Part shown: piece by piece, positions 39,270-48,739 of the stretch | How positions within the stretch are numbered: the first letter of the stretch is position 1 | Layout: the number at the start of each line of letters is the position of its first letter | NCBI GenBank assembly: GCA_022842945.1 | Contig: JALHOO010000002.1 | Coordinates: forward strand, 25,030-89,029 | DNA length: 64,000 nt | Reading direction: 5' to 3' | Origin: Minisyncoccota bacterium | GTDB lineage: Bacteria; Patescibacteriota; Minisyncoccia; Phycocordibacterales; Phycocordibacteraceae | The notes under the pieces: model-generated | What the model was told of the DNA's origin: nothing | Databases searched by the model: none | The model's input: only the letters and a program-made list of their open reading frames with translations | Program-made: the position numbers and the translations under genes

Positions 39270-40055
39270 CTATCGTACCACCTCGCTCGGACGCCTCGTA
39301 ACAACAATAGTCTCCTTGTCCTCAATAAGGATAGTGTGCTCTGAATGCGAGGAGATGGATCCGTCACGGGTGCGGTAGGTATGTCCGTCCGGAGAGAGGA
39401 TAATAGAACCCTTCCCTGCGTTCGCAATAGGCTCTAGTGCAAGCACCATGCCAGCCACAATTTCCTCGCCGGTACCTGCGTGCCCGAAGTTGGAGATGTA
39501 TGGCTCCTCATGCACTTTGCGTCCAACCGCGTGTCCCCCAAGCACCTTAACTATAGAAAAGCCGGTACCTTTAAAGGCGCGCTCTATGGCGTTTGAAATG
39601 TCGCCCGTGCGAGCACCTGGACGCGCAGCTTTCATGCCTTCTTCGAGTGCAAATTCCGTAGCAGCTATAAGTGCCTGGGCTTGCTTGCTTATCTTTCCAA
39701 CCGGCACCGTAACGGCAGAGTCTGTATAGAGGCCCTTATGGATAATGCCGAAGTCGAGCGATACGATATCTCCTTCCTTTAGAGTTCGAGGGTTCTCGTT
39801 GGGTATCCCATGCACAACCTCCTCGTTAACCGATACACAGAGTGCCGCCGGAAACGGACGACGTGCACCTTCAGGCGTATAGCCCTTAAACGCCGGGAGG
39901 TCTCCCCCTTCGAGGATGAGGCGGAGTGCCTCGTTCTCCAGATCGTTCGTAGACACGCCGGGAGCAACCATGCCCTCGAGCTTCTCGAGAATAACGCCCA
40001 GGCGTCTGCCTGACTCTATGATGCCTTCGCGCTCTTCTGGGGTGCGTACAATCAT
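39270..40055 (-). CDS. map: Methionine aminopeptidase type I
   Basis: 261 aa, pita-bread fold metal ligands (D, D, H, E, E). Confidence 0.9.
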   Translation of the reverse strand: MIVRTPEEREGIIESGRRLGVILEKLEGMVAPGVSTNDLENEALRLILEGGDLPAFKGYTPEGARRPFPAALCVSVNEEVVHGIPNENPRTLKEGDIVSLDFGIIHKGLYTDSAVTVPVGKISKQAQALIAATEFALEEGMKAARPGARTGDISNAIERAFKGTGFSIVKVLGGHAVGRKVHEEPYISNFGHAGTGEEIVAGMVLALEPIANAGKGSIILSPDGHTYRTRDGSISSHSEHTILIEDKETIVVTRRPSEVVR

Positions 40056-40057
40056 AA

Positions 40058-40636
40058 TTATGAAAGGATGCTAGCAATTGCCGCCTCAACCTCCTCTGGC
40101 GTCTTGGAGCCGTCGATAACACGCAGAGCGCCCTTTTCCTCAAGATAGGAAAGCACGGGCTGCGTGTGCTCGTCATAGACCCTAAGGCGTGCCTGTATCT
40201 GCTCAACGGTTCCGCTATCCGGACGGTGCTCAATCTCCGCACGAGAAAGCATGCGCTTGGTTACCTCTTCGTCTGAGACCGCGAGGTCTATAGCGACATA
40301 CGGACGCCCAAGCCAGCTCATCACGCTATCAAACACCTCTGCCTGTGCACGAGAGCGGGGGTATCCGTCAAACACGACACCTCTCTCAGGAGAGAGGGAA
40401 AGCATCTCATGCTCAAAGAGATAGCTTGCGAACCAGTCAGGAAGCAGACGTCCTGCATCAAACTCGGTGCGCACGCGCTCCGCGAGCTCTCCCTCGCCTT
40501 CGCGAAGATTCTTGAACAGTTCTCCGGTTGAGAAATGCGTCCACCCGTACTTCTCTGAGAGAAGCTTTGCTTGGGTTCCCTTTCCAGAACCGGGGCGTCC
40601 TGTTAGGAGGACACTGCGAATAGCGGGTTGTTCCAT
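40058..40636 (-). CDS. adk: Adenylate kinase
   Basis: P-loop GRPGSGKGTQA with LID and NMP-binding regions. Confidence 0.9.
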   Translation of the reverse strand: MEQPAIRSVLLTGRPGSGKGTQAKLLSEKYGWTHFSTGELFKNLREGEGELAERVRTEFDAGRLLPDWFASYLFEHEMLSLSPERGVVFDGYPRSRAQAEVFDSVMSWLGRPYVAIDLAVSDEEVTKRMLSRAEIEHRPDSGTVEQIQARLRVYDEHTQPVLSYLEEKGALRVIDGSKTPEEVEAAIASILS

Positions 40637-40668
40637 GTATGAATCGTATCAGGTAATAAAACGTCGTC

Positions 40669-41241
40669 CTACTCTCCAATCTTTCGCACAACGGCAATGA
40701 ACTCCTGTATCGCTTCGTCGAGCTTGCCGTCATGATTCTCTACAACATAATCAGCCTCGGCCATAAAGCTCGCCTCATCCAGATAGCGCTGGTGTCGCTT
40801 CTCAAGATCTTCGGCGCTCATGTGTCCACGTGCAAGGATGCGCGGTACCAAATTCTCCCAGGAACCCGCATCGACATAGACAACCGCATACTCCTCTCTT
40901 GGGAGTTTCTCACGGATGAGGCGCACGCCCTGCACCTCTATGTCTGAAAGGATGAGGTTTCCCTTGCTGAGTGCTGTTTCAATTTCAGAACGTAGCGTGC
41001 CGTAGCAATTACCTCCGTACTCAGCCCACTCCAGAAACTCGTCCGCCTCAACGCGCCGCATAAACTCCTCGCGAGTGATGTAGTGGTAGTTCACCCCATC
41101 CACCTCTCCCTCACGCATGGGACGCGTTGTCGCTGAAACGGCAAACGCGAGACCCGGGACGGCCTCGCGTGCGGCGTTTATGAGCGTGTTCTTTCCGCTG
41201 CCCGTAGGACCAACAACGAGGATGTAGGTGCCTCGCTTCAT
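40669..41241 (-). CDS. gmk: Guanylate kinase
   Basis: GPTGSGKNTL P-loop. Internal Met start 5 nt after the secY stop. The upstream extension in the ORF track was rejected. Confidence 0.8.
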   Translation of the reverse strand: MKRGTYILVVGPTGSGKNTLINAAREAVPGLAFAVSATTRPMREGEVDGVNYHYITREEFMRRVEADEFLEWAEYGGNCYGTLRSEIETALSKGNLILSDIEVQGVRLIREKLPREEYAVVYVDAGSWENLVPRILARGHMSAEDLEKRHQRYLDEASFMAEADYVVENHDGKLDEAIQEFIAVVRKIGE

Positions 41242-41245
41242 CGGT

Positions 41246-42514
41246 CTAATACTCGCGAAGAGATGCCTGCGCGTCAATCTTGCGAATGAGGTCGAGCACC
41301 ACGTTAACCACGATGAGGAGTGCGGTTCCTCCAATGAGGACGGCGGTGATACCCGTGAGGCCCTGGATGATGAACGGGATAACCGCCACAAGTCCGAGGA
41401 AGAGTGCGCCCGGGAGCGTTACGCGCGTAACTACGCTTCCAATGAAGTTCTCGGTCTCGCGTCCTGGACGAACACCTGGAACAAAGGCTCCGGACTTCTG
41501 GAGATTGTCTGCAACGCGCTTTGGCTCAAACGTAATCGAGGTGTAGAAGTACGTGAACATAACCACGAGCACGAAGTAGAAGGCGCCGTATGCAAACGGA
41601 TTCGCTGAGAATGCCGTATACCCCGCAAGAAGTCCTGCAGACCCCGCAACCCCAACCGCTGCGAGTCCCGTAAGGACCATCTGCGGAAGGAGAAGAAGGG
41701 AGAGAGCGAAGATAATCGGCATAACACCCGCCTGAAGAAGACGAATCGGAAGGTAGGTAGGTGCAACTCCTCCCCCGCCACGTGTGGCACGTGCGTAATG
41801 AATCGGGATAGAGCGCTCAGCCTCAGACACGAGCACAACTGCGAAGATAACGGCGAGGCCAATAGCAACGAAGCCTAGGTATGCCGGAATGTTTGCGGCG
41901 GTAGCCGTAAAGAGAAGCTGGGAAAGACCGGCAGGAAGTGCTGCTACGATACCTGCAAAGATAATGAGAGAGACACCGTTGCCAATACCGAACTCCGTGA
42001 TAAGCTCGCCAATCCACATAAGGAGCATAGAGCCCGCTGCAATGAGGAAGACGTTAACCGCGAAATCGAATGGGGTGATGGTACGAACAATACCCTGGCT
42101 CTCAAGGAGCGAGAGGAACGCCACACCCTGAAGTACCGCGAGCGGGATAGTAAGCGCTCGAGCGATAGACGTGAACTTGGTGCGTCCAGCCTCCCCTTCC
42201 TCGCTGTACATAGCCTTAACCTTAGGCACAAGCACGGTAGCGAGCTGCATGATAATAGAGGCCGTGATGTACGGACCCACACCGAGCATAACTATGGAAA
42301 GGTTCGAGAGACCGCCTCCCGAGAAGATATTCAAGAGTCCGAGGAACTGGTTGTTCGTGAAGAACTGCTCGAGTGCAATACGATCAACGCCTGGAATCGG
42401 AACAGCTGCGAGGAAGCGGAATACAACAAAGGCACCCAGGATGAAGAGTATCCGGTTTCGTATAACCCGATCCGAGAAGATTGTCTTTACCTTGTGAATC
42501 GCCTTGCCGAACAT
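41246..42514 (-). CDS. secY: Preprotein translocase subunit SecY
   Basis: 422 aa, 10 TM segments. Confidence 0.95.
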   Translation of the reverse strand: MFGKAIHKVKTIFSDRVIRNRILFILGAFVVFRFLAAVPIPGVDRIALEQFFTNNQFLGLLNIFSGGGLSNLSIVMLGVGPYITASIIMQLATVLVPKVKAMYSEEGEAGRTKFTSIARALTIPLAVLQGVAFLSLLESQGIVRTITPFDFAVNVFLIAAGSMLLMWIGELITEFGIGNGVSLIIFAGIVAALPAGLSQLLFTATAANIPAYLGFVAIGLAVIFAVVLVSEAERSIPIHYARATRGGGGVAPTYLPIRLLQAGVMPIIFALSLLLLPQMVLTGLAAVGVAGSAGLLAGYTAFSANPFAYGAFYFVLVVMFTYFYTSITFEPKRVADNLQKSGAFVPGVRPGRETENFIGSVVTRVTLPGALFLGLVAVIPFIIQGLTGITAVLIGGTALLIVVNVVLDLIRKIDAQASLREY

Positions 42515-42517
42515 AGG

Positions 42518-42970
42518 CTAGACGATTATCGAACCTCCTGCCTTTTCAATGGCCGCCTTTGCGACATCCGAAGCAGTGCAGTTCGAGATCTTAAGGGCCT
42601 TAGTAAGGGAGCCGGTTCCGAGGATCTTTACGTAGGAAAGCTTTCCTCCGCGAGCGCGGACGAGTCCCTTCACGTAGAGAGTCTCTGGTGTTACGGTCTC
42701 CCCTGCCTCAAACGCAGCCTCAAGGGTTGCGAGGTTCACTGGCTCGTACTCGTGGCGCTTAGCGCGAACAGTACGCGCACGGTTCTTTCCGTGTCCGCGA
42801 AGCTTCGGGAGCTTCTTAAGGATGTCACGCATCTCAGGACGCTTCTTGTGTCCTGCACGTGCGTTCTGTCCCTTGGTACCACGGCCCGAGGTCTTACCAC
42901 GCTTGCCGCCACGACCAACACGAGGTGTTGTGATGCGAGGGGTCTTTGGAGCGAGAGTGTTGGACTGCAT
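42518..42970 (-). CDS. rplO: 50S ribosomal protein L15
   Basis: Gly/Arg-rich N-terminus. 150 aa. Confidence 0.9.
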   Translation of the reverse strand: MQSNTLAPKTPRITTPRVGRGGKRGKTSGRGTKGQNARAGHKKRPEMRDILKKLPKLRGHGKNRARTVRAKRHEYEPVNLATLEAAFEAGETVTPETLYVKGLVRARGGKLSYVKILGTGSLTKALKISNCTASDVAKAAIEKAGGSIIV

Positions 42971-42981
42971 ATATATAAAGG

Positions 42982-43608
42982 TTAGCGGGAACCAGCGGCA
43001 GCGAGTGCTGCAACCGTTGCGCGAGCGATAGTGAGCTTGTTCTTGGTGCGCGTAAGGATCTTCGCGATCACGTTGGTGACGCCAGCGTGCTCAAGCACGG
43101 TGCGCATAGCGCTTCCGGCAACCACACCGCGACCCGGGCTAGGGATGATAGTAACAATAGACGATGAGTTCTTGATGGACACGTCGTGCGCGATAGATCC
43201 CTCAGGCGTGCGCTTCACGGTGATGAGGTGCTTCTTTGCGTCACGTACCGCCTTATCGATAGCGAGTGCGGTGTCCGCTCCCTTTCCAAGACCTACACCA
43301 ACGCGTCCCTTCTTGTCGCCGATAACAACAGTAACCGAGAAGGAGAAGCGACGTCCTCCCGCCATAACGCGGGCTACGCGGCGAACCTCAAGGGTAGCCT
43401 GCTCGAACTCAGAGCGCTCGCGTGGAGCACGTGGGCGGCCACGACCTCCGTCACGTCCACCTGGACGTCCTCCGCGACCAGCAGGACCGCGAGAGTTCCT
43501 GTAGTCAGGGCGCGCTGGAGCAGCTTCCGTTGCCGGAGCCTCAACAACAGCCTCTGTTGGAGCAACAGGAGCGTCGGTATTGGTTTCGAGGGTAGTAGTG
43601 TCAGTCAT
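42982..43608 (-). CDS. rpsE: 30S ribosomal protein S5 (N-terminally extended)
   Basis: S5 dsRBD and C-domain. No rpmD between rpsE and rplO. Confidence 0.9.
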   Translation of the reverse strand: MTDTTTLETNTDAPVAPTEAVVEAPATEAAPARPDYRNSRGPAGRGGRPGGRDGGRGRPRAPRERSEFEQATLEVRRVARVMAGGRRFSFSVTVVIGDKKGRVGVGLGKGADTALAIDKAVRDAKKHLITVKRTPEGSIAHDVSIKNSSSIVTIIPSPGRGVVAGSAMRTVLEHAGVTNVIAKILTRTKNKLTIARATVAALAAAGSR

Positions 43609-43611
43609 GTA

Positions 43612-43956
43612 TTAGAAAGTGAGGCCGTTCTCGCGAGCGGTGTCAGCAACTGCCTTGATCTGGCCGCCGTACTCAAAGCCGCCGCGATCAAAGACAACAG
43701 TGGTAACACCTGCCTTCTTGCCCGCCTCTGCGATTGCCTTGCCTACGCCAACTGCCTGAACCGTAAGAGAACCAGGAGTCTTGCTTCCGTGCGCGGCTGC
43801 AACGGTCTTCTGTGCCTCGTCGTCGATGAGCTGAGCTGAGATGAACTTGTTCGATTTGTAGACTGCAAGGCGAGGACGCTCTGCAGTGCCAGAGATCTTT
43901 GCGCGGACACGGTTGTGGCGTCGGTCGCGGAGTTCTTTTTTGTTGAGTGTAGCCAT
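43612..43956 (-). CDS. rplR: 50S ribosomal protein L18
   Basis: 114 aa. Confidence 0.9.
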   Translation of the reverse strand: MATLNKKELRDRRHNRVRAKISGTAERPRLAVYKSNKFISAQLIDDEAQKTVAAAHGSKTPGSLTVQAVGVGKAIAEAGKKAGVTTVVFDRGGFEYGGQIKAVADTARENGLTF

Positions 43957-43965
43957 ACGTAAATA

Positions 43966-44499
43966 TTACACAGCCTTCTTACCCTGCTTGCGGCGAATAA
44001 CCTCGTTATCGTACGCGATACCCTTTCCAAGGTATGGCTCCGGTGGCTTGATTGCACGAACCTCAGCTGCGAACTGTCCAACCTTCTGCTTGTCAGCACC
44101 TTCAATAGTGATGGTGAGCTTCTCAACTTTAGCCTCAAGTCCCTCAGGAACCGTAAGCGTAACCTGGTGTGAGAAGCCGACGTTGAAAACGAGGTCACGT
44201 CCCTTAAGCTCTGCCTTGTATCCCACACCCTTCATGATGAGGACCTTCTTGAACGGTGTCTCAACGCCAGACATCATTGCGCGAGCGTGTGCGGCGAAGG
44301 TTCCGGTGAGGGCGCGGGCAAGCTTAGAAGAGTTTGCCGGAGCAATCTGGATACCCTCTGACGTCACGTCCATGGTGATTGCAGAGTGGATAGGCATTGC
44401 GAGTGTTGCAACGGGTCCCTTTACAGAAAACACGCCTCCGTCTGTAGAGACAGTTACCTTTGAAGGGATAGCGATAGGCTTTTTAGCAAGACGGGACAT
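43966..44499 (-). CDS. rplF: 50S ribosomal protein L6
   Basis: 177 aa. Confidence 0.9.
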   Translation of the reverse strand: MSRLAKKPIAIPSKVTVSTDGGVFSVKGPVATLAMPIHSAITMDVTSEGIQIAPANSSKLARALTGTFAAHARAMMSGVETPFKKVLIMKGVGYKAELKGRDLVFNVGFSHQVTLTVPEGLEAKVEKLTITIEGADKQKVGQFAAEVRAIKPPEPYLGKGIAYDNEVIRRKQGKKAV

Positions 44500-44511
44500 A
44501 TACGTAAATGA

Positions 44512-44901
44512 TTACCAGATCTCAAAGAGATTCTCTCCTCCTACACGAACCTTGCGAGCTTCAGCGTCAGTGAGCACACCCTTCGGTGTTGAGATAAGGC
44601 GGCTACCCATGCCGTTCTTAACGCTGTGTGCCTCCGCAGACGGAGTGTAGAGACGACGTCCAGGCTTTGATACACGCTTTACGCCGTGGATCTTGTGGTT
44701 GCCGCGCTCGTCGTAGGCAAGAGATACCTCGAACTCGTACGGGCCCTTCCCCTTCGAAACCTCCTTCACGTAGCCTAGAGACTTAAGCTTGTACGCGATT
44801 TCCTCTACGTGCTTCGAAAAAGGCACAGACACCGTCTGCTTGTTGATTGCGCCTGCATTCTTGAGGCGGATGATGAAATCTCCTACGCGGTCAGATACCA
44901 T
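44512..44901 (-). CDS. rpsH: 30S ribosomal protein S8
   Basis: Internal Met start avoids overlap with rpsN. Confidence 0.85.
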   Translation of the reverse strand: MVSDRVGDFIIRLKNAGAINKQTVSVPFSKHVEEIAYKLKSLGYVKEVSKGKGPYEFEVSLAYDERGNHKIHGVKRVSKPGRRLYTPSAEAHSVKNGMGSRLISTPKGVLTDAEARKVRVGGENLFEIW

Positions 44902-44908
44902 ACGAAAA

Positions 44909-45178
44909 TTACCAGGAAGCTTTTTTAACACCCGGAACCTTACCCTCGCGGGCTAGTTCACGGAACACAATGCGAGAGAGGCCGAATGGGCGCATGTAGC
45001 CGCGTCCGCGACCAGATACCGCGCAGCGGTTCTTCACACGGGTAGGGCTTGAGTTCTTTGGGAGCTTCTGAAGGCCTTCCCAATCGCCAGCAGCTTTAAG
45101 AGCCGCACGCTTTTCAGCGAAACGAGCAACGAGCTTAATGCGCTTTTCGTTGCGGGCGAGTTGGGATGCTTTAGCCAT
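44909..45178 (-). CDS. rpsN: 30S ribosomal protein S14
   Basis: 89 aa, C-terminal [17 protein letters not shown]. Confidence 0.9.
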   Translation of the reverse strand: MAKASQLARNEKRIKLVARFAEKRAALKAAGDWEGLQKLPKNSSPTRVKNRCAVSGRGRGYMRPFGLSRIVFRELAREGKVPGVKKASW

Positions 45179-45318
45179 AAGAAAAAATAGCTCCGGGGAG
45201 CCGTAAAGACAATCTATCAGCTAGGAAGTAGGCTGTCAAATTGACGAGGGCGGTTCTATGAAGCGTCGCTTAAATCTCTCCAGACCTAGTACCAGCCCTC
45301 TATATTTTATACAGCGAT

Positions 45319-45344
45319 CGGCCAGAAACCTTGGTTTCTGGCCG
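45319..45344 (-). terminator. Hairpin GGCCAGAAACC-TT-GGTTTCTGGCC after the inserted MIF-like gene
   Basis: 11-bp stem with an A/T-rich flank. Confidence 0.55.
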
Positions 45345-45352
45345 ATTAATGC

Positions 45353-45715
45353 TCAAATCTTCGCGAAGACGGTGTCGACGGGCAAAACCCACACGAAACC
45401 CTTGGCTCCCTTCCCGTTCTCTTGGTGGTGATTGTCGAGGAAAGTCCTCACACCCTGACGGATCTTTTCGACGCGATCTGGCAGATTTTCCATACGATCT
45501 GGGAATGCGTGGAGAACGATGTAGATTTCGAACTCCTTCCCATTCAGGGTTCGATCATGCGGCGGGTAGTGTTTGGCAGTTGAGACGATGATGTCTTTAT
45601 CCCTGACACCAAGAGCTGGCGCGATGATTCCAGGTAAGGCCGCGATGAGATCGTCCCTGAACCAGCCGACCCTGTTGGAACTGTCGTGTTCAGAACGAAA
45701 GATGACCAATGGCAT
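45353..45715 (-). CDS. Putative tautomerase-superfamily (MIF/D-dopachrome-tautomerase-like) protein inserted between rplE and rpsN
   Basis: Pro at position 2 (MPLVIFRSEH...), ~120 aa. The beta-alpha-beta pattern resembles MIF. Assignment tentative. Confidence 0.3.
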   Translation of the reverse strand: MPLVIFRSEHDSSNRVGWFRDDLIAALPGIIAPALGVRDKDIIVSTAKHYPPHDRTLNGKEFEIYIVLHAFPDRMENLPDRVEKIRQGVRTFLDNHHQENGKGAKGFVWVLPVDTVFAKI

Positions 45716-45771
45716 TTCTGCCTCCTTTTCTAATCCGTTCTGACCCTATCATAAGCGTATGTAATAAGAAA

Positions 45772-45794
45772 ACAGCCCGCGCTCTGCGGGCTGT
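45772..45794 (-). terminator. Intrinsic terminator after rplE (ACAGCCCGC-GCTCT-GCGGGCTGT + U-tract)
   Basis: 9-bp stem seen. UUUUCUUAUU on the minus RNA. Confidence 0.7.
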
Positions 45795-45812
45795 TTTCTC
45801 TCCTAAACCTGA

Positions 45813-46355
45813 TTATTCAGCGTCCTTCTTGAACGGAATCCCGAGGTGGCGGAAGAATGCATCTGCCTCCTCCTTGGTCTTCGCGGTGGTAACAAGCGTA
45901 ATAGCGAGTCCGAACACGTCCTTAAGGTCCTCGTCTGCGGTCTCAGGGAAGATAGTGTGGTCCTTGATGCCGATAGTGAGGTTACCCATCTCGTCGATAG
46001 CGGTGGCGTTAAGGCCGCGGAAGTCACGAGTACGAGGAAGGGTGATGTGGATGAGCTTCTCGAGGAACTCGTTCATACGAGCGCCGCGAAGCGTAACCTG
46101 GTATCCCACGATGTCGCCTTCGCGCATCTTGAACTGTGCGATGGACTGCTTTGCCGCGCGAGGAGATGCCTTCTGACCCGTGATGCGAGCAAGACGAGTC
46201 TCGACGAAGGCCTTCTTTGCCTTGTCTGCCTTTCCAACGCCGGAAGATACGGTGATCTTCATGAGGCGAGGAGACGCGTTAACGTTGGTGTAGCCGAACG
46301 CTCCCTTAAGGGTCTCAAATGCGCTAGCCTGCTTTTCTTTAGTGATCATATACAA
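45813..46355 (-). CDS. rplE: 50S ribosomal protein L5
   Basis: 180 aa. Confidence 0.9.
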   Translation of the reverse strand: MYMITKEKQASAFETLKGAFGYTNVNASPRLMKITVSSGVGKADKAKKAFVETRLARITGQKASPRAAKQSIAQFKMREGDIVGYQVTLRGARMNEFLEKLIHITLPRTRDFRGLNATAIDEMGNLTIGIKDHTIFPETADEDLKDVFGLAITLVTTAKTKEEADAFFRHLGIPFKKDAE

Positions 46356-46360
46356 AGAGG

Positions 46361-46705
46361 TTATGCGAGGGTGGTGCCACTCTTAACCGTAACGCGGACA
46401 TTCTTGCCGTCCTTGTTCGTCTCGCGCTTTACACGAGTTCCCCTCTTGTCCTTAGGGTCCTGGAGCATGACGTTTGAGATAGCGATAGCCGCTGGCTTCT
46501 CAACGATGCGTCCGGTCTGACCACGAAGTCCGCGGTTGTGGCGCTTCACGAGAGCGATGCCTTCAACGACGATCTTCGCGTCTTCGCGGAGGATCTTCTC
46601 AACGACACCGGTCTTGCCCTTGTCCTTGCCTGAGATAACGACAACAGTGTCGCCCTTCTTGAGCTTGAACTTAGCGGTCTGCTTTCCTTGGGTTGCCTTG
46701 GACAT
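46361..46705 (-). CDS. rplX: 50S ribosomal protein L24
   Basis: KOW domain. Confidence 0.9.
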   Translation of the reverse strand: MSKATQGKQTAKFKLKKGDTVVVISGKDKGKTGVVEKILREDAKIVVEGIALVKRHNRGLRGQTGRIVEKPAAIAISNVMLQDPKDKRGTRVKRETNKDGKNVRVTVKSGTTLA

Positions 46706-46734
46706 ATGCGAAAGGGTTAATAATTAAATAGAGG

Positions 46735-47112
46735 TTATACGACTTCAGGTGCGATAGACGCAATGTTCTGCCATCCGCGCTCAACAAGGTCGCGAGGAAC
46801 GGGTCCGAATACACGGTTACCCTTTGGTCCCATCTCCTTACCCTGCTTCTCGATGAGAACAACTGCGTTGTCATCAAAACGTACGTAGATACCTGACGCG
46901 CGGCGGAATGCCTTACGCTGGCGAACCACAACGGCCTTGAAGATATCCTTCTTCTTAACGGCCTTGCGGGGCTCCGCAGACTGGATGGATACGATAACCA
47001 CGTCCCCAATCTCTGCATAGCGGCGCTTTGATCCTCCGAGCACCTTGAACACACGGGCGATCCTTCCGCCTGAGTTGTCTGTGACCGTTACGATTGACTG
47101 GGGCTGTACCAT
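46735..47112 (-). CDS. rplN: 50S ribosomal protein L14
   Basis: 125 aa. Confidence 0.9.
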   Translation of the reverse strand: MVQPQSIVTVTDNSGGRIARVFKVLGGSKRRYAEIGDVVIVSIQSAEPRKAVKKKDIFKAVVVRQRKAFRRASGIYVRFDDNAVVLIEKQGKEMGPKGNRVFGPVPRDLVERGWQNIASIAPEVV

Positions 47113-47122
47113 AAATAAGAGA

Positions 47123-47371
47123 TTACTTTACGAGCGTGAATGACTTACGCTTCGACATCGGCGCGCATCCAACAATCGTTACCTGGTCCCCCACCTTAGC
47201 AGTGTTGCCCTCGTCGTGTACGAGGAACTTCTTGGTGCGGGTCTGGTACTTCTTGTACTTTGGGTGCTTCACGTACCGAGAGACGGCAACGGTGATTGTG
47301 TCCGTCATGGCCGTCTTAACGACGGTTCCCTTGAAGGACTGGGGCTTAGTTGTTGGTGTAGGTGTTTCCAT
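47123..47371 (-). CDS. rpsQ: 30S ribosomal protein S17
   Basis: 82 aa. Confidence 0.9.
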   Translation of the reverse strand: METPTPTTKPQSFKGTVVKTAMTDTITVAVSRYVKHPKYKKYQTRTKKFLVHDEGNTAKVGDQVTIVGCAPMSKRKSFTLVK

Positions 47372-47376
47372 AATAC

Positions 47377-47580
47377 TTATGCGGTTGGGGCGTTCTTGCG
47401 TGCGGTCTGTTCGGTAAGAATGCGAGCGATGTCCTTGCGGGCCTTTCCAGCTAGGCTTGCGTCCTTAACGCGTCCTCCCGCTGCAGAGAAACGTAGGGTG
47501 CGAAGCTCTTCGCGCTTCTCTCCGAGCATCTTTACGAGGTCCTCGCTCTTTGCGTCCTTGAATGAAGTTTTCTTAGCCAT
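47377..47580 (-). CDS. rpmC: 50S ribosomal protein L29
   Basis: 67 aa. Confidence 0.85.
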   Translation of the reverse strand: MAKKTSFKDAKSEDLVKMLGEKREELRTLRFSAAGGRVKDASLAGKARKDIARILTEQTARKNAPTA

Positions 47581-47583
47581 ACA

Positions 47584-48003
47584 TTAACGGGTTATGACCG
47601 TAGTCTTAAGCGGAAGCTTCGATCCTGCGCGGCGCATAGCGTCGCGAGCCTTCGCATCATCAATACCATCGAGCTCGAAGAGGATGCGTCCTGGACGAAC
47701 CTCGAACACAAAGTGCTTCGGATCTCCCTTACCCTTACCCATGCCCACCTCAGCTGGCTTGTTCGTGATAGGACGATCCGGGAAGATGCGGATCCAGAGC
47801 TTACCTCCCTTTCCCGTTGCGCGGGAGAGTACCTTACGAGCGGCCTCAATCTGGTTTGAGGTTACGCGAGACGGCGTAGTAGCACGAAGGCCGTACGAAC
47901 CGAACGACACGGTGATACCGCGAGTATCAGGACGTGCAAGACGCTCCGGGGACTTACGTCCGGTCTGCCACTTGCGGTGCTTAACTTTCTTAGGGAATAG
48001 CAT
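47584..48003 (-). CDS. rplP: 50S ribosomal protein L16
   Basis: 139 aa. Confidence 0.9.
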   Translation of the reverse strand: MLFPKKVKHRKWQTGRKSPERLARPDTRGITVSFGSYGLRATTPSRVTSNQIEAARKVLSRATGKGGKLWIRIFPDRPITNKPAEVGMGKGKGDPKHFVFEVRPGRILFELDGIDDAKARDAMRRAGSKLPLKTTVITR

Positions 48004-48014
48004 AGTACTAAATG

Positions 48015-48734
48015 TTAGCGGCGAGGACCGTTAGACGACGTAGACGGGCGCTCAGACGCTGGACGAGTTCCGCTCTCAGCGTTGAAGGTCTCGCCGAGGT
48101 AGATCCAAACCTTGATACCAAGGAGACCGTACGGAAGAAGAGCCTCTACGTGTGCGTAATCAATGTTTGCACGGAAAGTCTGAAGCGGGATACGGCCACG
48201 CTTGATCTGCTCAGTGCGGCTCATGTCAGCACCGCCAAGACGTCCAGAAAGGACGATGCGAACACCCACAACCTCGCGAACTGACATAACCTTCTCAACG
48301 GTCTGCTTAAGGACACGGCGGAACGGCATGCGCTTCTCGAGTCCCTCAGCAACCATGTACCCAACAACAGAGGCCGAAGTCTCAGGCTGGCGGATCTCCA
48401 TGATGTCGAGCTTAACGGCGCGCTTGGCACCTGTTGCCTTCGAGTTAATGAGGGTGGTTATCTCGTTGCGGAGTTTGGTTGCGTTCTCTCCAGAGCGACC
48501 GATAACAATACCGGGACGTGCCGTGTGGAGGATAACGCGCACCTCGCCCTGTGAGCGCTCAATCTCAAGGTCTGCGATGTGCATGCTCTTTGCACGCTTC
48601 TTGAAGTAGCCACGGATGGCCGCGTCCACCGCGATGTTCTCGCGGTACGACTTCTTGTCGCCAGCAAACCAGCGACTCTTCCAGTCACGGATGATGCCAA
48701 GGCGATGTGCGTACGGATGGACGGTGTGAGTCAT
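48015..48734 (-). CDS. rpsC: 30S ribosomal protein S3
   Basis: KH domain plus C-terminal Arg/Pro-rich tail. Confidence 0.9.
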   Translation of the reverse strand: MTHTVHPYAHRLGIIRDWKSRWFAGDKKSYRENIAVDAAIRGYFKKRAKSMHIADLEIERSQGEVRVILHTARPGIVIGRSGENATKLRNEITTLINSKATGAKRAVKLDIMEIRQPETSASVVGYMVAEGLEKRMPFRRVLKQTVEKVMSVREVVGVRIVLSGRLGGADMSRTEQIKRGRIPLQTFRANIDYAHVEALLPYGLLGIKVWIYLGETFNAESGTRPASERPSTSSNGPRR

Positions 48735-48739
48735 GGTAA

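Noticed and set aside
43186-44650. 217-aa and 254-aa plus-strand ORFs
   Set aside because: Antisense to rplR-rplF-rpsE ribosomal genes.
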